From: Tricharina praecox
Taxonomy: Eukaryota
NCBI RefSeq assembly: GCF_024521635.1
Contig: NW_026250417.1
Coordinates: forward strand, 496,001-560,000
Direction: 5' to 3'
DNA length: 64,000 bases
Shown here: positions 57,446 through 64,000 of the stretch, one piece after another
Position numbering within the stretch: the first letter of the stretch is position 1
Layout of the letters: each line of letters begins with the position of its first letter
Notes under the pieces: model-generated
Told to the model about the DNA's origin: nothing
The model's input: only the letters and a program-made list of their open reading frames with translations
Database searches by the model: none
Made by a program: the position numbers and the translations under genes

Positions 57446-59707
57446 CTTGTATTTTTGTTTGGACGACGGGACGGAGATGGGACGGGAGAAAATACGGCGG
57501 CGCGTTGTTGTGATGATCGCGGGGACGCTGCGTGCGCAGTGGAGGGGCTGCGGATGGTGGGGTGCTGCTTGCTTGCTCGCTGCTGCAGTTGGTAACTATG
57601 CCAAGTCACCCCGTCTGTTAGTTACCCGTGTCTTTGCTTCTTCAACGTCACTGTACTTCCACCAGCAACCGATCACAAGCAATCACGATGTCACCGTTCC
57701 TATAATCACCTTACTCGATAGCTATGGGCGTCCTTCATCACCACGATCAGCATCGCAGCCGGAGGCAGGAGAGAGGGGGGAGGAAGAGGTACTTTTATAG
57801 AGGACACAGCGATGAGCGAGACTCAGGACTTTGGTGACGAAGACGGAGGAGGTGCCTGCTTTATGGCGAGGGATATGTAGATGTACCGTAGTGGCGCCTT
57901 GCTCGGAGACGTAATACTATCTATACAAACGGTGCCCGGCTTGAAGAGGAGGTTGCAGAAAGAGCATACCGTACTTAGCTAACCACATGGAGCCGGCGGG
58001 GCACGATTCTCCACCCCTCACTCCATTACTCAATACTCGATATGCATAATTTCCACTCTATGCATAGCCCTAACTACGAGTCTATCCTTCTCAAACCAAG
58101 CTTCCCACCGCACAGCAGCGGAGATATCTCCCCATATCATGTAATCTTCGGTGTACCACTCCCGAAGCCGCCACCTTCTTGACCTTCCCTCCGCATCGCG
58201 ATCAACAGCAACCAAAACACTCGGCTACGTTTAGTTAATCTGCACTTTTACAAAATGTAGTGATGTCCAAGTGCAAGTCCCGAGTGTCTCCTCCGAGTCC
58301 CGGGGCCGAAAGCTCGAAACCCTCCGCCGCAGAAGTGCACGTCTACACATTTCCAAAAGCGGCAAAGAAATCCCGGATTATCCGCTACGTCGCTACGCCG
58401 CCACGCCGCTACGGTGCTCGAAGTGTCTATGTATCTGCTGGGCGGGATGGGGAAGGAATATGTATGTACTTGTGTGGCATAACCGCTGGAGCTAGGGCTG
58501 GGAGGGATGGGGGGGATGGGGGTGCCGGCAGTTAAGCTTTTTTGTACTGAGGGGAACTATGATGAGGGGTGCTGGTGGTTATCGATTACATATCTACGGT
58601 AGATACGGTAGGTAGCTGCGCGGCGCAGGACGACATTCGGGTATCGGAATCTCTACTTATGATCCACCACGGCTTGTTCCTCTACCTCACACTCCATCTA
58701 CGGTACGGGCCTCGCCAGAGATCGCAGATTCGCAGCACTCGCGGCGGGACTCCATTCCTTTTTTCGGATGGATCAGAATCATCAGATCGGTGGACGATCG
58801 CATTGACGACGACGGAGGATTTCAAAATTTCAACTCTTTGTCCATGCCATCATGCTGCTGCTATCAACAAAGTCGCAGTCGGGCCCGGGGGTATGGTTAA
58901 ACTACCATCCACCCATCCATCCACCCACCCACCACCGCCACTGCAGCCACCAGCCGCCGCTAGCTACACAGTCTGCAAGCAAGAAAGAACGAGAAAAAAA
59001 AGCTTCCGTCTCTTGTCTTCGTCGTGCTGCCGGTATCTACATACGCAAAGTATGATACAAACGGAGGAGCTGCTCACGATCGGGAATTGCTTTTTCCCCT
59101 CCTTCGTTTACGGTTTACCCCGGATGCCAGGTGGGATGCCAGGTGGGAGGGTTAGATATGCAACGTCGGCTCGCTTTTTCCGCCAATGGTCGAGTATAGT
59201 AGTTAGTCCTAGGCCGCATGCAGTGCATCCGTCCATGTCCTGGAGGAGATAAACTTCCCTCCTCTGAGCATCGTGAGATATGTATGTAGAGTACACCGGA
59301 GAGGGAAACCGAAGGAAGTGCGAGAAATCTGAAAAGGTGTGGAGAGCTAGCTAGCGAGCGAGTGCAACTGTGCAAGAGATAGCGGATCCGGACTCGAAAT
59401 CGGTGCGCGCAGGCAGGCAATATGTCATCCGTCGTGGGTGTGGAGAACTACTACATACTAGGCAGGGCTAACACTGCAATGCAGCTTCAGCTATCGATAC
59501 GGGCCTATTCCATCACGATTGCCGGCCGACGAGGTCCCGGATCCACTGCGCAGACAAGAGGCACGGACAAGAGGAGGTGGGGAGAAGGGAAACGGTATAA
59601 ATTGGCCGTGGAATCATCCACGGCTATCAGCAGAGCTCAGCATCCAGAAAGCCAAAGATATTAGATATATCCCCTCCTCCGCCTACTCCGCCCCCTTCCT
59701 CTCCACG

Positions 59708-60960
59708 ATGGCCACAGCCGTAACAACGCAAACGCAAACGCAAACGCAAACGCAAACGAAAGCCCACGCGCCGATCCGGGGGGTACGGACCTCGGCCATG
59801 AGCAAGCCTTCATTCACGCTGCCGCTGCAGCGGCCACAGACGCCCGCAACGTACTTCAAGTCTCCGTTCAACCCGTCGCGGCACCTAGCGTACCACACGA
59901 TGCCAGCCTGCCACACGATGAGCGAGCTCGGCCACGAGAAGAGGGGGATATCGCCCATCGGCGTGTCCGAGCCGTTCGAGCTGTTTACGCCTGAGGCGGT
60001 CCGGTTGATGCGCAACGAGGTCCTCGCCGATGAGGTGTGGGATAATTGTAGGTTTGCGAGCAGTATTGCCGCTTGTCAGTTGCGCGGGATGGCGCCGAAG
60101 TGGGTTCCCTCCTATAATACATCTCCTGGCCAGATCAGATGTTGACGGCTGCGGTGTCTAGATATGCCAAGTTCGTCTACGACGCCTGGACGAATCCCGA
60201 GACGTTGCGGATCGTCAGCAGCATTGCGGGCGTGGATCTGGTGCCAGTAATGGACTACGAGATCGGCCACATCAACATCAGCGTCAAAGACAAAGACGAC
60301 GCGGACGGGAAGACGCAGGCCGCTCCCGTGGTGGGCTGGCACAAGGACTCGTATCCGTTCGTGTGCGTGCTCATGCTCTCCGATGCTACGGAAATGAAGG
60401 GCGGCGAGACTGCGCTCCGCATTGGTGCGGGCGAGATCATGAAAGTCCGCGGTCCGCAGATGGTATGCGCGCCATTCCGAGTGTATTGCTGTCTATGACT
60501 GTGGGCGGTTGGGCTAATGGTGCGAAAGGGCTCCGCCGTAGTCCTCCAGGGTAGATACATCGACCACATCGCGCTGCCATCCACCAACACGCGCGAACGC
60601 ATCACGATGGTGACCTCGTTCCGGCCCCGGGATCCGGTGGTGGCCGATGACTCGCAGCTGCTCACTGTGCGGCCCGTGTCTGACCTCAACGAGATGTACA
60701 ACCAGTGGACCGACTACCGCGTCGAACTCGTTGAGGAACGCTGCCGCCGCCTGGTAAAGACGCTCAGGGAACGGAAGCATGTGGGACGGGACTTCGATGT
60801 CACAGGTGTTAAGGGTCAGTTGGCGGAGCTTATCAAGTTCCTCCAGAAGACTGCCGATGAGATTGTCGATCCGGCTGAGTATAAAGTGGAAGATGGTGAT
60901 GAGGAGAGGGAGCAGGGGAAGGAGAGCACGAGGATGAAGAAGAGGGCCAGACTGGCGTAG
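59708..60960 (+). CDS. Fungal 2-oxoglutarate/Fe(II)-dependent oxygenase-like protein of unknown substrate
   Basis: Exons 59708-60099, 60162-60462, 60529-60960 (374 aa). WHKDSYPFVCV (HxD), GGET, GRYIDHIA (distal His), RERITMVTS (Arg). TATAAA near 59596. Confidence 0.85.
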
Positions 60961-61082
60961 TGAATTGAGCTGTTTGGAGCGTTGTTTGGATTAGCGTTGC
61001 TGTTCCTTCTTATGCTGTCGAGGTCCATCATGCCGTCAGGCCTGTTGAATGATTTATGGAATACCATTGCACATACCAATAT

Positions 61083-61757
61083 CTTTTCTTTCTTTTTGGT
61101 TCAATCGTTCATTGCTTGCGACCTATCCAGAGTAGATCATGGCAATACACACACTTTGTCGTTTCCATGTCCAATGTCCAATCGCTACCCTCCACCCTGG
61201 CGTTTTCCCGAAGATGCATGTAGAGCGCACCAATGAAATAAAGCCAGGGAAATGAAAGTCCGCTCCTCATTCCGCCTCGTCCCCCGCCTCTTCATCAGAA
61301 GATGCCATGGAGGAGGGTGCGGGGAGGCACGGTACCTAGAAGTGACACCGGTTCCCCAACATCAGCGCCCTCCTCCTCCTCCCGCTCCTCTTGCCTCCTC
61401 TCCGGCTACATACCTATCTTCCCGTTGACGCCTCACTAGCGGCCTCTTCTCCAGCGGCCTCCCGAATCCACCTTCCTACATAAATTGTGGCAACGAGAAA
61501 GTCCAGGGCTTCCTGGCTGGCTGCACCGCTCTCCTGCGAAGAAGAGGCGTCGGATCTTGAAGCGATCTTTGCCGCCCCTAGCCGCCTCCTTCCTCCTACT
61601 GTTATATGTACCCACAGGATCTTCTTCTACTAGCTCTTCCACTCGGCCTTCGGGGTACTTGAAGAGGTGCTCCCCACGTCTGTGTCCGCGTCTGTTTTGT
61701 AGCGACCGACACCTGTCCGCACCGAGCGTTGGGGCGGCTCTCGTCACCGCCACTCCC
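61083..61757 (-). mobile_element. Second, 5'-truncated decayed copy of the same LINE family
   Basis: GEHLFK..GGKDRFKIRRLF..ERCSQ plus collinear nucleotide blocks shared with ~4780-5460 (GAGGAGGGCGCTG, CACCCTCC..CATGGCATCT, CTACATG.ATCT.CGGG, TGGACA.TGGACATGGA.ACGA, TATTGCC.TGATCTA..GATAGGTCG). A-rich tail at 61097-61083. Confidence 0.85.
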
Positions 61758-63590
61758 ATTGCCATTGCCATTTGCTCCCCGGGATACGGTACCGAGCACC
61801 GAGTGAGCATAAATGAGCCACCATTACACCACAGCACTCCGCACCGGCCACCATCCACAATTGGATGAGCCGTTTGCCCCCCCCCCCCCCCCCCCCCCCA
61901 CCCAGCCCAGTGCCCACAGGTACCGCTACATAGGTGCACTTCCCTCCCCGCACCCCGCCTTAAATACGCATCCCGGCGGCGGCCCTCGCACATCGTACAT
62001 AATCCATTTCACCAGTATGGCAGTATCAGCTAGTAGGTATTCCAGCGGCGGCGACGAGCTGCAGTGACTAATCCCGCCCCCACATATTGGATGCATTAGC
62101 TACTCCAGATCCTCGTGGAAATCGACAGATTCTTGCAATTTGCAGAGGGGTTATGTCGGTTTGTCGATTTGTCGATTTGAGTGCCGCAGGTAACCATATA
62201 AAGCAGGGATGGGCGAATGAGGTGAGTGGCGGGGGGGAGGGAAACAGGGCGGAGGTGGAGGCAGGAGATCTGTGGGGGTGGGCACTGCGAGGATCTACAT
62301 ACCTACAGTACAGTACAGTACGGTACAGCTCCATGTGACCAGCCGCGAAGTTCGAGTTACACTTTCCTGCTGCCTGCTGCCGGCTGCGGCGTGGGGAGGG
62401 AGGGCCGGGTGGAGTGGCCGCTGGGTGGAGGGCGGGGGATTGGCATTGGGGAATTGGCGGATTGGTGAGGGCGGGAGGGCGGGGATGCAGATGGGTGGAG
62501 GGGTGGAGGGTCGGTATACCTAAGCGCACCAATGTCTCACTGGCCGTCCGTTGTTTCTCTCTATCCCAATCCACAGACAGCTTCAATGAAGCGAGTCCTT
62601 CCCCCGCCCCCACCGCTGGAGAGTCGTAGGTAGTCATACATACATGCATGGGGGATCACTCGACCCCAGCCAATGGATACGCAGCGCTTATTATCTGATC
62701 TCGCTTACGTCCCTACCTCCCTCCCTCCCTCCCTTGCTCCTTGCTCTTGCTCTTGCTTGCTTCGCTGGCATAAGTTTGCGCTCTCTCGCTCGCTGGATGG
62801 GAAGGGATGGATGGAATGGATGTGGATGGATGGAATGGATGGATGGATGGATGGCAGGATGCGATGGTTTTTTTCCCCCAATGTCAACGTGGATGCGCGT
62901 GGATGCGAATTTGCTGTTCGAGCTCGTTGTTCGAGTTCGTTGTTCTGTTTCTTGCGTTGTTTGGCTGGCGTTGGTGTTGGTGTTGGTGGGACGGACACGT
63001 GTAGAGTAGGTAGGTTATGTAGGGACGTGTTGTCAGAGGCTGACATGACAGATGGCTCGGGGATTGAAGCTAGAGTATATACTACCTAGTGGAGTTGCGA
63101 GAGGAGGGTTGACGAGAGGAGGGTTGGCGAAGAGGAGGGTTGGCGAAGAGAAAAAAGCAAATGTACATATGGTATTATGTTTCCTCGTTTTTTTTGTTGT
63201 TGTGTGGGTTTCGATGGCATATGCCTTCAGTGCCCGCCCGTGATGTTTTGTTTTTATCCCATGGCATGGAGAGAAGGGAGGACGCAGGCAGGCAGGACGG
63301 CAGACGGCGGAATAGGCCTCGCCCTTTTTTTGTGGTATCGAATTGGCGATGTACATAAAGCCACACATAGCTGTGGTACATATCCGCATCCCTGCTGCGC
63401 GTGCGGAGTGCGGGGGAAGCTTTGCTCTATATACTACTATACTTCGTACCTAAATCGTCATCCAGCATAAGTGTGGATGGTGTGGGTGGGTGGGTAGACG
63501 CATGCATCCTGCACTGGCAATTTGGCGGCCGGCGTTGAAGACTGGCGAGCTTGAGCTTGAAGAGCCGCCATGGAATGGATATGCGAGGAG

Positions 63591-63680
63591 AGGAGGGCAG
63601 AGGAGGGCAGAGGAGGGCAGAGGAGGGCAGAGGAGGGCAGAGGAGAAGAGAAGAGAAGAGAAGAGAGGAGAGGAGAGGAG
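63591..63680. repeat. (AGGAGGGCAG)5 followed by AGAAG/AGAGG pentamers
   Basis: Direct reading of a purine-rich tandem tract. Confidence 0.9.
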
Positions 63681-64000
63681 AGGTCTGGAGATGAGGGAAG
63701 GGAATGGATGGAAACGGAGAGGAATAGAATGTTGATATTGTGCTGAGATGAATCATGTGGTAAAGTACCAATAAGAGGCGAGATTGGGGCCAGAGGTCCG
63801 GTGCTTCAATTTCAGTGTAAGTAGAATGCACTCTACGAGTAGAAGTGTTCGAGATCACCTACATGAGTAGTCCACGAGCGTGTATTCTTCGGCCGACTGG
63901 CGCCGAATAGTTGAATGAAGCCGCGCGGGACTCGGATAGCTGATGGTCTCTGTCGGAGGCTCTGGCGACGATTGGATCCGAGCCTGAACTTTAAACTCCT

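Noticed and set aside
58030..58215. Short Trp-rich minus-strand ORF (REWYTEDYMIWGD..)
   Set aside because: Non-ATG start, no recognisable family and no supportable exon structure.

Overview
Eukaryotic (filamentous ascomycete; Pezizomycotina, Pezizales-like by inference) genomic DNA with short GT-AG introns and CTRAY branch points. I can support 18 intact or window-truncated protein-coding genes: a DHA2/MFS efflux pump (runs off the left edge), a CoA-binding protein, con-10, a Cys-less peroxiredoxin-fold protein, CYP51/ERG11, a Chk2/Cds1 kinase, the STT4 PI4-kinase, a polyQ-WW-PhoD-like protein, a short conserved-N-domain protein, a GNAT, poly(A) polymerase, RPS5, an RBM39/Pad-1 splicing factor, an orphan coiled-coil gene, SCS7, an extended-SDR epimerase and a 2OG-Fe(II)-like oxygenase, plus one pseudogene in that count. 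There is also one intron-containing tRNA-Ile(UAU), two opposite-strand decayed copies of one RNase H-bearing LINE and several simple repeats. It is mostly a housekeeping neighbourhood. I see no CRISPR array, secondary-metabolite backbone gene or convincing new multi-gene system. The best second-look items are not visible in the ORF track: the intron-retaining prefoldin-4 pseudogene, a set of alternative 3' ends for poly(A) polymerase, a WW/PPxY/TPGF-repeat PhoD protein with an altered metal motif, and the peroxiredoxin-fold protein lacking the catalytic Cys. All gene models were spliced by hand and family calls come from motif recognition, not database searches.
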